Position numbers and translations under genes: made by a program
Part shown: positions 9,721 through 19,576 of the stretch, piece by piece
Numbering within the stretch: the first letter of the stretch is position 1
Layout: every line of letters begins with the position of its first letter
Assembly (NCBI GenBank): GCA_963668645.2
Contig: CAXXWC010000002.1
Location: 1-64,000, forward strand
Source: Desulfobacterales bacterium
GTDB taxonomy: Bacteria; Desulfobacterota; Desulfobacteria; Desulfobacterales; UBA2174
DNA length: 64,000 bases
Direction of reading: 5' to 3'
Notes under the pieces: model-generated
What the model was told of the DNA's origin: nothing
What the model saw: the letters and a program-made list of their open reading frames with translations, nothing else
The model's database searches: none

Positions 9721-11061
9721 TCATTCCAGATCCGCCAAACGCCGGTTGGCCGGGCTTGCGGCCCGGTCGGCGTTCATGGTTTGCATGGCTTGCCAAAGGG
9801 CCTGGCGTGCCGGCGTGCCGGCGCCGGGCAATCGGTTTTCGCCCCGAGCTTCCAGGGCTTCCAGTATCCTGGCGATGGTGTAATGGCCGGCGTCTCTGGA
9901 CGGCTGGCAGGCCGCCTGGCCCGAACCGGCCGGCTGCAGGTAGACGAAGAGACCGGAGGCCACCAGATCGTCCACCAGTCCCCACGTCAAGACCTTGGGC
10001 AGACCCAGTTCGACGGCCAGCGTATCGGCGGTCGGTGCGGTCCGGCCTTCGGTAAATCCTTTGACGATCCGCTGGGCCGTTTCGAGGCGTAGCAGTTGGC
10101 GCTGGCGATGATCAAGCCGCGCGGCGGCATCGGCCCATTCGAAGCGCGAGGCGTTCTGGATCGCGAAGGCGAATTCGGCCCCGGCCAGCACGATCAGCCA
10201 GCTGAGCTGGAGCCAGATCAAAAAGAGGGGCAGGGCGGCGAAACTGCCGTAAATTGCATTCTGGCGGGCCACACCGACCTGAAAAGTGATGTAGCCCCAT
10301 TGGGTGAGCTGGTAGACCGTACCGGCCAGGATGCCTGCCGCCAGCCCGGCCCCGAGGCGCACCCGGGTGTTGGGCATGGCCAGGTACACGAAAGAGAACA
10401 GGATCCAGATCAACACGTAGGGAATCAGCTTGAGACCGAAGTGGATCAGGGGGCTGAACATGCCCAGCAGAGCGATGCGCGCGGTAATCTGCTGGACCTG
10501 GGTGGTGATGAAAACGGTGGCCGACCCGGACATGATCACCAGCAAAGGGCAGATGAGCATGATCGACAGGTAGTCGGTCAGCTTGCGCACCGCGTTGCGG
10601 GCTGAGGCCACCTGCCAGATGCGGTTGAAGGCCGCCTCGATCTGCGACAGGACCTTGATTACCGACCAGAAGAGCACCGCCACGCCGATGCCGGCGATCA
10701 TCCCCCCTCGGGTGTTTTCCAGCATGGCCCGGGCAAAATCGACGATCTGTCCGACCACGGTTTGCTGGCTGGGAAAGTGTTCAAGAAGCTGCGTTTCAAG
10801 AAGCTTTTCGAACCCGAACCCCTTGGCGATGCCGAAGGCCATGGCGGCGGTGGGCACCACCGAAAGAAGGGTGTAAAAGGTCAGGCTCGAAGCCCGCAGC
10901 GGGCAATTGTCCTCTCTGAACCCCTTGAAGGCCAGCTGGAAGATGCGCACCAGACGCACGCCGGCAGCCTGATGCCGGGGCAGGTCGTCGAGCGGCAGTT
11001 GCCACAGCCGTTGGCTGAAAAATGTGTGCAGGCGCTCCAGATGGCTTCTCAAGGGGGTCAT
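9721..11061 (-). CDS. YihY/BrkB family membrane protein with C-terminal winged-helix extension
   Basis: ASSLTFYTLLSVVP, AFNRIW, IYGSFAALPLFLIWLQLSW. Confidence 0.88.
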   Translation of the reverse strand: MTPLRSHLERLHTFFSQRLWQLPLDDLPRHQAAGVRLVRIFQLAFKGFREDNCPLRASSLTFYTLLSVVPTAAMAFGIAKGFGFEKLLETQLLEHFPSQQTVVGQIVDFARAMLENTRGGMIAGIGVAVLFWSVIKVLSQIEAAFNRIWQVASARNAVRKLTDYLSIMLICPLLVIMSGSATVFITTQVQQITARIALLGMFSPLIHFGLKLIPYVLIWILFSFVYLAMPNTRVRLGAGLAAGILAGTVYQLTQWGYITFQVGVARQNAIYGSFAALPLFLIWLQLSWLIVLAGAEFAFAIQNASRFEWADAAARLDHRQRQLLRLETAQRIVKGFTEGRTAPTADTLAVELGLPKVLTWGLVDDLVASGLFVYLQPAGSGQAACQPSRDAGHYTIARILEALEARGENRLPGAGTPARQALWQAMQTMNADRAASPANRRLADLE

Positions 11062-11093
11062 GGGTGTTATCAAGGCACCCTATGGCAGAAAAA

Positions 11094-11588
11094 TCAAGTG
11101 CCGCAGCAGTGTTTGAATTTGCGGCCGCTGCCGCAGGGGCATGGATCATTGCGGCCGATCTTGGGCTGGGGCCGAACGTATTGGTTGATTTTGGGTGCAT
11201 TGCCGTCGAAAAAGTACCAGCGACCGTCGATTTTCTTGAAATGCGCCAGTTCGTGATGCCGCTTGCGGACCTCTTTTTCCGTGTAGCGGGCGATAAATTC
11301 GATCCGGCCCAGTTCGTCATCCAGGCCGCCGGCCTGGACCTCGATGATCTCCAGCCCCTGCCAGGTGGCGTTGCGGACCCAACTGCGGATGGTGCTGGGT
11401 TCGTGCTGGTGGCGCTGGCTGGGCGCCACGGTTGCCAGAATATAGTCCACCTCTTGATGCACGAAAGCGCTGTAACGTGAGCGCAACAGGGTCTCGGCCG
11501 TATCGGCCTGGCGGTTGCCGAGGATAAGCGGTTCGCAGCAGTCGGTATAGGGCCGGCCGCTGCCACAGGGGCAGGCGTCGTCTGCCAT
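11094..11588 (-). CDS. ychJ: YchJ family protein with SEC-C metal-binding motifs
   Basis: CPCGSG...CC at the N-terminus, [26 protein letters not shown] at the C-terminus. Confidence 0.9.
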   Translation of the reverse strand: MADDACPCGSGRPYTDCCEPLILGNRQADTAETLLRSRYSAFVHQEVDYILATVAPSQRHQHEPSTIRSWVRNATWQGLEIIEVQAGGLDDELGRIEFIARYTEKEVRKRHHELAHFKKIDGRWYFFDGNAPKINQYVRPQPKIGRNDPCPCGSGRKFKHCCGT

Positions 11589-11690
11589 CGATCGATCTCC
11601 TTTCCAGCGTGTGGTTGCCTGATCCTGCGCATATGTCCCATATTACAGGCCTTGTCAATCTCAAACGATGTAAGAGAGTCTTAAAAAGGC

Positions 11691-13805
11691 CTACCGGCCC
11701 AGCAACCCCTTGACGATATTTTCCAATTGACGCACCGGATCGTTGCCGGCCGCAGCAGACGGCGGAGCCTTTGCCGATTGCCCGGAAATCGGCTTGCGAC
11801 CGCTACGGGCTGCCTCTATGGCCGCTGCGCAAGGCGCCTGATCAGGCGAGGCCCTGCCGGCCAGGGCCGCCCCGGCACCGGCCGGGCCCAGAAGAGCCGC
11901 GCCGCCTAGCGCCTTTCCCAGGGCCAGGGCTGCCTGGGAAGTGTCGACGGCCAGGGCCGGCTTGGCCAGGGTGCCGCCCAGCTTCACGGTCCGCGTCAGT
12001 TCACCGAGGCTCATGCTCAAGGTGCCGAATCTGCCGGCGGTCAATCCCTGTTTGGGAGTCGGCTTGAATGTCAGGTCGAGCCTTTCGCTTCCCAGATCCA
12101 CCCTGCCTTGGCCGGTGAGCGTCATCCGGGGCGTATCGAGCATCAGTACGGTGACGTCGGCGATGCCGCCGGTGGCGTCCAGACGCGCCACGGCACAGTT
12201 GACTGCGGTGTAATCCGAGTCGCCGGCGGCCGGATCGAGGATGCGCAGCAGACCGGAGGCGAGGTCGCCGCCCACCGGATCGAAAAAGGTTTTGTGCAGC
12301 CGGCCGCCTTTGGCCACGCCCCCCGCATTCCCGTTCAGACCGGCCATAAGATCTGCAACCGACGCACCGCTGGCCTCCAACTCGGCCCAAAGGTCGGCCT
12401 CGCCTTCCACCATGTCTGTGAGCTGAAGCTGCTGGAGGGTGCGGCCCAGGTCAAGGGCGTCGATCCGGACCCGGGCCTCGAGTCCGGTGCTGCCGCCGCC
12501 TTTGGCAGAAAGCGCCAGGCGGCCTTTCAGGGTGCCGCCGCTCACCAGGGCCTCGATGGGGTCGAGGGTCAGGCGTCCTGATTTAAGATTTGCCGCCGCG
12601 TGTACCTGTTCTGCAAGGATTTTGGCAAAAACCAACTCTTCAACCCGCAGGGAAACCTCGGCCTCGACGGCATCCGGAACCTTGAAGGGCAGGGGCGTAT
12701 CGGAAAATACCCTGCCAGCCTTCTTCTTTCCTGCCCTTTTGCCGGGGCCGGGGCCGAGACCTGCGGCCGGAGCCAAGGCCCCAAGGTCGAGGTGCCGGGA
12801 AGTCAAATCGGCCGTCAGCCGCGGCCGGGAGGACGACAGGTCCAGGGCCAGGCGCCCTTTGACGTCGCCGGGAGCCGCTGATAGTTCAAAGGGCTGGAGC
12901 AGATAGGCCCCGGGGCCTGTATCGCGGAGCCTGCCGGCTGCATGCAAGGGACCGACAAGGGGCAGGTGCCGGCCGGTGACGGCCTCCACCCGGGCCAGCC
13001 CATCGGCGTTGATGGAAAAATTGAGATCGATCCCCCTGGCTTGCTGCGGATTGGCGATGGTGCCGTCCAGGACCAGATCGAAATCCAGGGCCTTGGCCTC
13101 GAGTTTGACCGGCCACGGCACGGCCGGATCAAGGGCCGCCGCCGGGGGGCCGAGCCTGCCGTCCAGGGTGAAATCCTCGCCTTCCCAAGCGCCTGAAAGA
13201 AAGATGGCCATGGGCTGCTGCGGATCTTCGAACGACGCGGCGGCCTCGTGGAGGGCCACCCGGTGCAGCTTGCCGCCGGTCCCGTTTTGAAACTCGATCC
13301 GGCCGCCTCGAATCTTGAGCGCTCCAAGGGTAAAACCGGCGAACCGTTCCGAAGATGCCGCATTTGTGCGGGCGACCTTTTCAGCCGAGGCCGGGGCCGC
13401 CGCGGACCGGCCCATGGGCGTGAAATCGAGGTTGGAGCGGCCCTTGCCGTCGGTTTCGATCAGGATCTGCGGTTCGATCAGAACGAAGCGTTTCACTTCC
13501 ACCGTTCCGCCGATCAGCGGCAGCAGGGCTACCTGGATCTCCAGGCGTCTCAGCTGGAGCATGTCCGGCCGGCTGCCCCAGGCTGCATTGGCCAGGTGCA
13601 CCTTTTCTATGACCAGGGCCGGAGAAAGTCCCAGGGCGACCCCGATATTCCCGTCCAAGGTCAATCGGCGGCCGGTGGCCTTCTCGACCGCCCGGGCCAG
13701 CGGCACCTTGAATCGGTTGAAATCGTAGTTCAGGATCACCAGGGCGATGACGGCAAGTCCGGTAACAATGATCCCGACCGCGACAAACAGGATTTTTTTG
13801 ATCAT
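11691..13805 (-). CDS. AsmA family protein
   Basis: N-terminal TM anchor, ATGRRLTLDGNI, beta-rich body, NCAVARLDATGG-type C-terminal AsmA motif. Confidence 0.85.
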   Translation of the reverse strand: MIKKILFVAVGIIVTGLAVIALVILNYDFNRFKVPLARAVEKATGRRLTLDGNIGVALGLSPALVIEKVHLANAAWGSRPDMLQLRRLEIQVALLPLIGGTVEVKRFVLIEPQILIETDGKGRSNLDFTPMGRSAAAPASAEKVARTNAASSERFAGFTLGALKIRGGRIEFQNGTGGKLHRVALHEAAASFEDPQQPMAIFLSGAWEGEDFTLDGRLGPPAAALDPAVPWPVKLEAKALDFDLVLDGTIANPQQARGIDLNFSINADGLARVEAVTGRHLPLVGPLHAAGRLRDTGPGAYLLQPFELSAAPGDVKGRLALDLSSSRPRLTADLTSRHLDLGALAPAAGLGPGPGKRAGKKKAGRVFSDTPLPFKVPDAVEAEVSLRVEELVFAKILAEQVHAAANLKSGRLTLDPIEALVSGGTLKGRLALSAKGGGSTGLEARVRIDALDLGRTLQQLQLTDMVEGEADLWAELEASGASVADLMAGLNGNAGGVAKGGRLHKTFFDPVGGDLASGLLRILDPAAGDSDYTAVNCAVARLDATGGIADVTVLMLDTPRMTLTGQGRVDLGSERLDLTFKPTPKQGLTAGRFGTLSMSLGELTRTVKLGGTLAKPALAVDTSQAALALGKALGGAALLGPAGAGAALAGRASPDQAPCAAAIEAARSGRKPISGQSAKAPPSAAAGNDPVRQLENIVKGLLGR

Positions 13806-13815
13806 GGTACGCGCC

Positions 13816-14820
13816 TCAGGGTGAATCTTCGTGGCGGCGGTGCAGCAAGGTCCGGTAGACTTCGGTCAGGCGCACGAAGCGGGCCGGATCACCGCCCTGG
13901 TCCGGGTGCAGGCGCAGAGCCGCGCGCCGGTAATGGCGGATCAAATCCTGCCGGCTGCACTGTTTCAGGGTTTCGGGCGCCAGGTCGAACAGGGTTGCGG
14001 CCTCTTGCAAAGCGACCTTTTTGAAACTTTCCGGCCACTGGAAGCGGCGGCGCTGGTCGATGTACTGGTTGAGCATGTCTTGGAGGATTCCGGGAGGGCC
14101 GAAGTCGCCGTCAAAGAACATGATCGCGTAGCGGATCAGGTAGGGATTGAGGTTCTCGCCAGTCGCCATCCCGTTCCAGAAGTCGCCGTCCCCATGCAGG
14201 CGGCAAAGCGCTTCTTCGAATTGGTCGTCGAGCCGGCGGGCGTCGATCCACTGGGGCACGCTGCGGCCGAAAAAGGTGCAGATCTCCTTTTGAAGATCGA
14301 AGACCTGGAAAACGTAGCGCTTCAGTTCGAAGGCCCGCAGCTGTTTTTCCATGGCCAGGAAAAGCTGTTCGCGTTCGTCGCGCGATTTTCCGAGCAGGGG
14401 TCGCATCAGCCGTTCGGGAACGCGGCCGATGCGTCCCGAAGCGGTCGGCCCGCAGCGCAGGTAGGCCATGCGGCGCTGGTCGAAAGGGTGGGGGATGTCC
14501 CCCTCGGGCTTCGAGAGGGGCCGGTGCCTTCCGCGGTCGCGAAAGTAACCCACCGCATGGCGGACCTGCGGGTCGACGAATTCCCAGAGCAGATCCTCGA
14601 TTTCATGGATGGCGGGTTGCGCGCCGTTGGCCCTGACCGTGGTCTCCACCGATTCATTGACGTAAAAGGCGTTGCCTCCCGGGTAACGGATGTAGCGGTC
14701 CGGATGGGGGCCGAGATCGAACAGGTCGCGGCAGAGCAGATGCTCGCCCTCCGCATAGGTCTCACGGATCACGTAATGGGGCCGGCCGTTGGGATGGATG
14801 TTGGCCAGGTACATGGTCAC
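13816..14820 (-). CDS. Protein with C-terminal J-domain (DnaJ-like)
   Basis: YRRAALRLHPDQGGD...F...YRTL J-domain with HPD motif; GTG or ATG start uncertain. Confidence 0.75.
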   Translation of the reverse strand: MTMYLANIHPNGRPHYVIRETYAEGEHLLCRDLFDLGPHPDRYIRYPGGNAFYVNESVETTVRANGAQPAIHEIEDLLWEFVDPQVRHAVGYFRDRGRHRPLSKPEGDIPHPFDQRRMAYLRCGPTASGRIGRVPERLMRPLLGKSRDEREQLFLAMEKQLRAFELKRYVFQVFDLQKEICTFFGRSVPQWIDARRLDDQFEEALCRLHGDGDFWNGMATGENLNPYLIRYAIMFFDGDFGPPGILQDMLNQYIDQRRRFQWPESFKKVALQEAATLFDLAPETLKQCSRQDLIRHYRRAALRLHPDQGGDPARFVRLTEVYRTLLHRRHEDSP

Positions 14821-15161
14821 CGATCATTTTCGAAGGGTTCCACACGGAACGGCGTGCAACGGATGCCCACGGCCCCCTTGCGGATCCAGATGCGCACCAT
14901 GGGCAGGGTCTGGTCGTCCAGGGTCACGATGCTGGGCAGGTCCTGGACATAGCCGATATCCAGGGCGTCGAACTCGTAGTAGAAAGTGTTGCTGCTGAAT
15001 GGATCGGCCACCAGGATGATCTTGTCCGGGTCCAGGGGATGCTTCTGGGGCCATCCGCTGTAGGGCACATGGGTCTCGGCCAGGGCCTTGGGATCCTTGG
15101 GGCGCTTGTAGACCTGGATTTCAAATGTCTGGGCGGTTTGAAGCAGTTTGCGAATCGGCAT
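14817..15161 (-). CDS. Conserved small hypothetical protein (PQKHP...DPFS motif)
   Basis: Good RBS (AAGGAG), coding-like composition, overlaps the next gene by 4 nt. Confidence 0.65.
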   Translation of the reverse strand: MPIRKLLQTAQTFEIQVYKRPKDPKALAETHVPYSGWPQKHPLDPDKIILVADPFSSNTFYYEFDALDIGYVQDLPSIVTLDDQTLPMVRIWIRKGAVGIRCTPFRVEPFENDR

Positions 15162-15231
15162 GGGGCACTCCTTCTCGCTGGCAGGGGATGCCAGGGAACG
15201 CCGGCCGGCGGTCTGCCGCCGCCGGTCCGGC

Positions 15232-16320
15232 TCAAGCCGCCGGCGGAAGGTCGCCGAGCGAATGATTTCGGGCCTGAGTGCTGAACCAGGCCTTGACTAC
15301 GGCGTGAAAAAGCGTGGCCAGGGGGATGGCGAGAAAAAGCCCCCACAAACCCCACAGGCCACCGAAGACCAGAACGGCCACGATGATGGCCACCGGATGG
15401 ATGTTGACCACCTCAGAGAGCAGCAGCGGCGCCAGCAGGTTCCCGTCGAAGATCTGAATGATCCCATAGGCGCCCACCGCGTAGATGAATTCCTTGCCGA
15501 TGCCCCACTGGAAAAAAGCCACCAGCATCACCGGAAAAGTCATCACGGTGACCCCCACGTAGGGGACCAGCACCGAAAGGCCGGTAAACAGCGAAACCAG
15601 CATGGTGAAACGCAGCCCGAGCATGCGGAAGGTGACGTAGCTGATGACCCAGATAATCAGGATCTCATAGATTTTGCCCCGGATGTAGTTGCCGATCTGC
15701 TGGTTGACTTCGTCCCAGACCCGGGTTGCCAGTCCGCGGTCTTCGGGCAGGTAGCCTTTGAACCAATTGAGAATCGAATCCTTATCCTTGAGAAAGAAAA
15801 AAACCATCAGCGGCACAAGGATCAGGTAGACGAAAAAGGTCATGACACCGCGCACCGAGGCCAGCGAAAGGCTGACCGCCTGCTGGCCCAGACCGGTAAG
15901 GGCCGTGGTGACATGCTCGAGAAAACGGTTGATCTGGGCCGCCGAGACGGCCTCGGGGTATCTTTCCGGAAGCCTGAGCAGCAGCTTCTGCCCGGAGTTG
16001 AGCATGGACGGCAGGTCTTGAATGAACTGGGCCACCTGGCGCGAAAGCATCGGCAGAAGCCAGACCAGCAGCAGGATCAAACAGGCCAGAAACCCGATAA
16101 ACACCAAGAGGACCGCCGCCATCCGCGGGGCGCGGTGGCGGCGAAGCCAGGATACCCCCCCATCGAGCACATAGGCGATCATCACGGCGATAAAAACCGG
16201 CACGAGCATCTTGCCCAGCCAGAACACCAGGGCGAAGCCCACCAGCAGCAGGCCCCCGAGGATCACGAGTTGGGGATCGGCCAGGTAGCGGTTGATCCAG
16301 TTGCGAAAAAGGGCGATCAT
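15232..16320 (-). CDS. AI-2E family transporter (PerM-like)
   Basis: Multi-TM; YIRGK, VPYVG, DGNLLAPLLLSEVVNIHPVAII. Confidence 0.9.
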   Translation of the reverse strand: MIALFRNWINRYLADPQLVILGGLLLVGFALVFWLGKMLVPVFIAVMIAYVLDGGVSWLRRHRAPRMAAVLLVFIGFLACLILLLVWLLPMLSRQVAQFIQDLPSMLNSGQKLLLRLPERYPEAVSAAQINRFLEHVTTALTGLGQQAVSLSLASVRGVMTFFVYLILVPLMVFFFLKDKDSILNWFKGYLPEDRGLATRVWDEVNQQIGNYIRGKIYEILIIWVISYVTFRMLGLRFTMLVSLFTGLSVLVPYVGVTVMTFPVMLVAFFQWGIGKEFIYAVGAYGIIQIFDGNLLAPLLLSEVVNIHPVAIIVAVLVFGGLWGLWGLFLAIPLATLFHAVVKAWFSTQARNHSLGDLPPAA

Positions 16321-16521
16321 GAATGATCTCGCAGAGTGATTCGGTAAATGGGATTTTTCGTGCGATCGGTATAGCACAAGGCCTTGCAGGGGTAAACCGA
16401 ACTCATGAGAGTCGCGGCGATTCGCCGGATTTGGTTTTTTCGGTGGTACAGGGTGTTGTGACCGCCGTTCGGGCGCCACCCAACTCTTGAGCTTTTTCAA
16501 TCCCTGGGCTAATCTGGGGCC

Positions 16522-17358
16522 ATGTCGCTGATCGCCAAGACCCTGGGGCAATCATGGCGCGGGCGTTTTGCGTTTCGCCTGGCCACCACCAGTTTTATCT
16601 TGCCCGAAGATTATCTGCCCAACGTTCAGGCCTTGGCTCCCTTGTTCGACGAGGTTGAGCTGCTCTTTTTCGAGGCCCCTGAAAGATCGGCCCGGGCGCA
16701 ACTGGTCCAGGCCCTGGCGGCCATCCGTCAAGAATCAGGCATCGGCTACAATGTCCATCTGCCGGTCGACCTGCCGGTTTGCCATCCCGAGGCGGGCGAA
16801 CGGTGCCGCGCTGCCGCCGCCATGGCCGAGGTCATTGCCGGGACCGTTCCGCTTGAGGCCTCGACCCTGACCCTGCACCTGCCTTACACCCCGGTCGATC
16901 GTGATCCGGCGGCGCGCCGTCGATGGTTGGAATGGGTCGACGAGAGCCTTGCGCGGATCTGCGCGCTGGCCCGGATTCACGGCTCGCGCCTTTCGGTGGA
17001 AAACCTCGACTACCCTCTCGAATGGCTCGAACCGGTGATCGCAAAGTTCGACCTGCGCGTTTGCCTGGACATCGGCCATCTCACCCTGGCCGGCATTGAA
17101 GCGCGCGCCGCGTTTCATCACTGGGTACAGCGTTGCACCCTGATCCACCTGCACGCGGCGGTGGACAACCGCGATCACCTGCCGCTCGATCGGCTTTCTC
17201 CGGCCCAGGCCGATGGGGTGATGGAGATTTTGGCGGAATTTGACGGCACGGTTTCGCTGGAGGTTTTTTCCCTCGATGCCCTGCACCGCTCATTGGCGTG
17301 GCTCGAACGGCGTTTCGAGTCAGCGGCGGCGCCCATACGGGACGCGGCAACCCTGTAA
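16522..17358 (+). CDS. AP-endonuclease-2/TIM-barrel protein, probable cobamide-remodelling phosphodiesterase CbiR
   Basis: FRLATTSFI, EVELLFFE, VHLP, VENL, CLDIGH, HLH...DH, SLEVF metal ligands. Confidence 0.65.
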   Translation: MSLIAKTLGQSWRGRFAFRLATTSFILPEDYLPNVQALAPLFDEVELLFFEAPERSARAQLVQALAAIRQESGIGYNVHLPVDLPVCHPEAGERCRAAAAMAEVIAGTVPLEASTLTLHLPYTPVDRDPAARRRWLEWVDESLARICALARIHGSRLSVENLDYPLEWLEPVIAKFDLRVCLDIGHLTLAGIEARAAFHHWVQRCTLIHLHAAVDNRDHLPLDRLSPAQADGVMEILAEFDGTVSLEVFSLDALHRSLAWLERRFESAAAPIRDAATL

Positions 17359-17375
17359 CGCACAAGGAGGAGGCG

Positions 17376-17771
17376 ATGGAGGTGCAGACCCATGAACGGA
17401 TCGATACCGCGCTTTGCGGCCGGGTGACGGCCCTGGGCCACGGCACCAGCCGGGTGGAGATGACCGCCCCGGCGCAAATGGCCGTGGACGACCACGGGCT
17501 GGTGCATGGCGGGTTTATTTTCGGATTGGCCGACCATGCGGCCATGGTGGCGGTCAACCACCCGAACGTCGTTCTCGGTGCGGCCGAAGTCAAGTTCCTC
17601 AAGCCGGTGCGGATCGGCGACACAGTGGTGGCCGAAGCCGGCGCCGTCCAGGTGGAAGGCAAGCGGCACATCGTCCCGGTCACGGTGCGCCGGGGGGAAG
17701 AGACGGTTTTCGAAGGGCGTTTTACCTGCTTCGTACTCGCCCGGCATGTCCTGGATTCTGATAAGACTTGA
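17376..17771 (+). CDS. PaaI-like hotdog-fold thioesterase
   Basis: LVHGGFIFGLADHAAM, KFLKPV; strong RBS AGGAGG. Confidence 0.88.
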   Translation: MEVQTHERIDTALCGRVTALGHGTSRVEMTAPAQMAVDDHGLVHGGFIFGLADHAAMVAVNHPNVVLGAAEVKFLKPVRIGDTVVAEAGAVQVEGKRHIVPVTVRRGEETVFEGRFTCFVLARHVLDSDKT

Positions 17772-17798
17772 CCAGGCCGTGGCCGATGCATTTAACTA

Positions 17799-17940
17799 GT
17801 GTCCATCCATAAACGGCACCTTTCGGCCCCTGGCGGCGTTCTCGCTCGTTTCCAATCCTCGCAATAGCGGGCTATTGCTCCGGTTGAAAACTCGCTCGGG
17901 CCTTGCCAGGAACCAAAAATCACCATTTATGGACGGACAC
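17799..17940. mobile_element. MITE-like element, full copy (142 bp)
   Basis: Imperfect terminal inverted repeats GTGTCCATCCATAAACGG / CCATTTATGGACGGACAC; flanked by TAACTA direct repeats; internal hairpin GCAATAGC-GG-GCTATTGC; second copy at 37521-37612. Confidence 0.8.
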
Positions 17941-17979
17941 TAACTATTTGATTTTTAAAGTCCCTTGAGGAGGAACATC

Positions 17980-18639
17980 ATGACCCTGAAAATCGGCGTG
18001 CTGCTCTCCGGGTGCGGTGTCTACGACGGAGCGGAAATCCATGAAGCGGTCCTGACCCTGCTTTTTCTCGACCGCCAGGGGGCCGAAATCGTCTGCATGG
18101 CGCCCAACCAGGACCAGCACCATGTCGTCGACCACCTCAGCGGCCAGGAGACCGGCGAACGGCGCAATGTGCTGGTGGAATCGGCCCGCATCGCCCGCGG
18201 CCAGATTCGCGATCTGAAGGATGTCAAGGCCTCGCAGATCGACGGGCTGATCATTCCCGGCGGGTTCGGCGCCGCCAAGAACCTGAGCGATTTCGCTTTC
18301 AAGGGAGCCGCAGGGCAGGCCAATGCGGAAGTCGTGCGCCTGCTGCGGGAAATGGCCGAGGCTGGCAAACCGGTCGGGGCCGTATGCATCGCTCCGGCCA
18401 CCTTGACCCTGGCGCTGGCCGACCGGCGACCCCAGGTGACCATCGGCACGGATCTGGCCACGGCCCAGGCCATCGAGGCGGCCGGCGGGATCCATCAAAA
18501 CCGGCCGGTGGACGAGATCTGTGTCGACGAGGCCAACAAGCTCGTCACCACACCGGCCTACATGCTCGGTCCGGGAATCAAGGATGTGGCCCTAGGCATC
18601 GAAAAGCTGGTGGCCCAAGTGATGGCCATGGCCGGCTGA
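17980..18639 (+). CDS. elbB: Glyoxalase ElbB (DJ-1/PfpI superfamily)
   Basis: LLSGCGVYDGAEIHE, RNVLVESARIARG, PGGFGAAKNLS, TTPAYM. Confidence 0.93.
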   Translation: MTLKIGVLLSGCGVYDGAEIHEAVLTLLFLDRQGAEIVCMAPNQDQHHVVDHLSGQETGERRNVLVESARIARGQIRDLKDVKASQIDGLIIPGGFGAAKNLSDFAFKGAAGQANAEVVRLLREMAEAGKPVGAVCIAPATLTLALADRRPQVTIGTDLATAQAIEAAGGIHQNRPVDEICVDEANKLVTTPAYMLGPGIKDVALGIEKLVAQVMAMAG

Positions 18640-18661
18640 TCTTTTTTCAGGACGTTTTTCC

Positions 18662-19576
18662 ATGACGGCATGGGATTCTCCCCGAGACCTGCGAGACTAC
18701 GGGCGGCGGTTTATTTCGCTGCGCTTCACGTTGTTGGGGTTGATGTGTTTTGCGCTGCTGCTCAGTGAGCTGCGCTTCGACTGGGGCGAACGGCTGCTGG
18801 GGACCTATCTGTTGACCACCAACGACTGGCGGCCGGAATCCGGCCTGATCTGGGAGGTGGGCCAGCACGCCCGCAGCGCCCATCAGACCCTGGACCGGAT
18901 CCTTTCGGACCGCGTCGCTTTTCAGCGCGAAGCCCGCGAGGCCAACGGTCTCAACGACCTGGCGCAGCGCCTGGAGCCCGGCCAGGGCGTAATGCTGTCC
19001 GCCGAACATTTCCGGCGTCTCTACCTGGCCCTGCCGGAGGAACCGGCCCGGGAATTGATCTCTCCTTTCCGGCTGCTGGAGATCTTCGGGAGCCATAAAT
19101 GCGATCGGGTTTATCTGAAGAAGACCGCCGAGAAAAGCGGCCTGATCCTTTACCTGCTCAACCGCGACAACCGGGTGCTCGAAGCCCTGGACATCCCGGA
19201 CCGGCTGCTGCGCCTGAGCCTCACCGGCACCGGCATATACAGTGGCCAGCGGCTTGAGGAAGACCCGGGCTTTGCCGGCCGCATCTATTCGGCGGACCGG
19301 TTTTTCAACGTCCTGGCAACCCTGCCCGAGGATGTCCGCAGCGCCGTGGTGCCCAATCCCGAACGGCTTCTTGAAGTGCAGGGGAACATTATGCGGGTCG
19401 GCATCGGCAACGAGGTGCTCGATGGTTCGATCCGCCTGGGCTTCGAGGTGCTGGACGGCGAAAGGCCCCTGGTGGTGCTGATGCAGGGCCAGGAATGGGC
19501 CGTGTGGCAGATCCACCAGCGGCTCGAGTCGACCGGCGTTTCCGTCCCCGTCCCCGCTTCGGGAGGCGACCGATGA
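18662..19576 (+). CDS. Hypothetical membrane-anchored protein
   Basis: Single N-terminal TM segment; translationally coupled (ATGA) to the PBP1A gene. Confidence 0.7.
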   Translation: MTAWDSPRDLRDYGRRFISLRFTLLGLMCFALLLSELRFDWGERLLGTYLLTTNDWRPESGLIWEVGQHARSAHQTLDRILSDRVAFQREAREANGLNDLAQRLEPGQGVMLSAEHFRRLYLALPEEPARELISPFRLLEIFGSHKCDRVYLKKTAEKSGLILYLLNRDNRVLEALDIPDRLLRLSLTGTGIYSGQRLEEDPGFAGRIYSADRFFNVLATLPEDVRSAVVPNPERLLEVQGNIMRVGIGNEVLDGSIRLGFEVLDGERPLVVLMQGQEWAVWQIHQRLESTGVSVPVPASGGDR

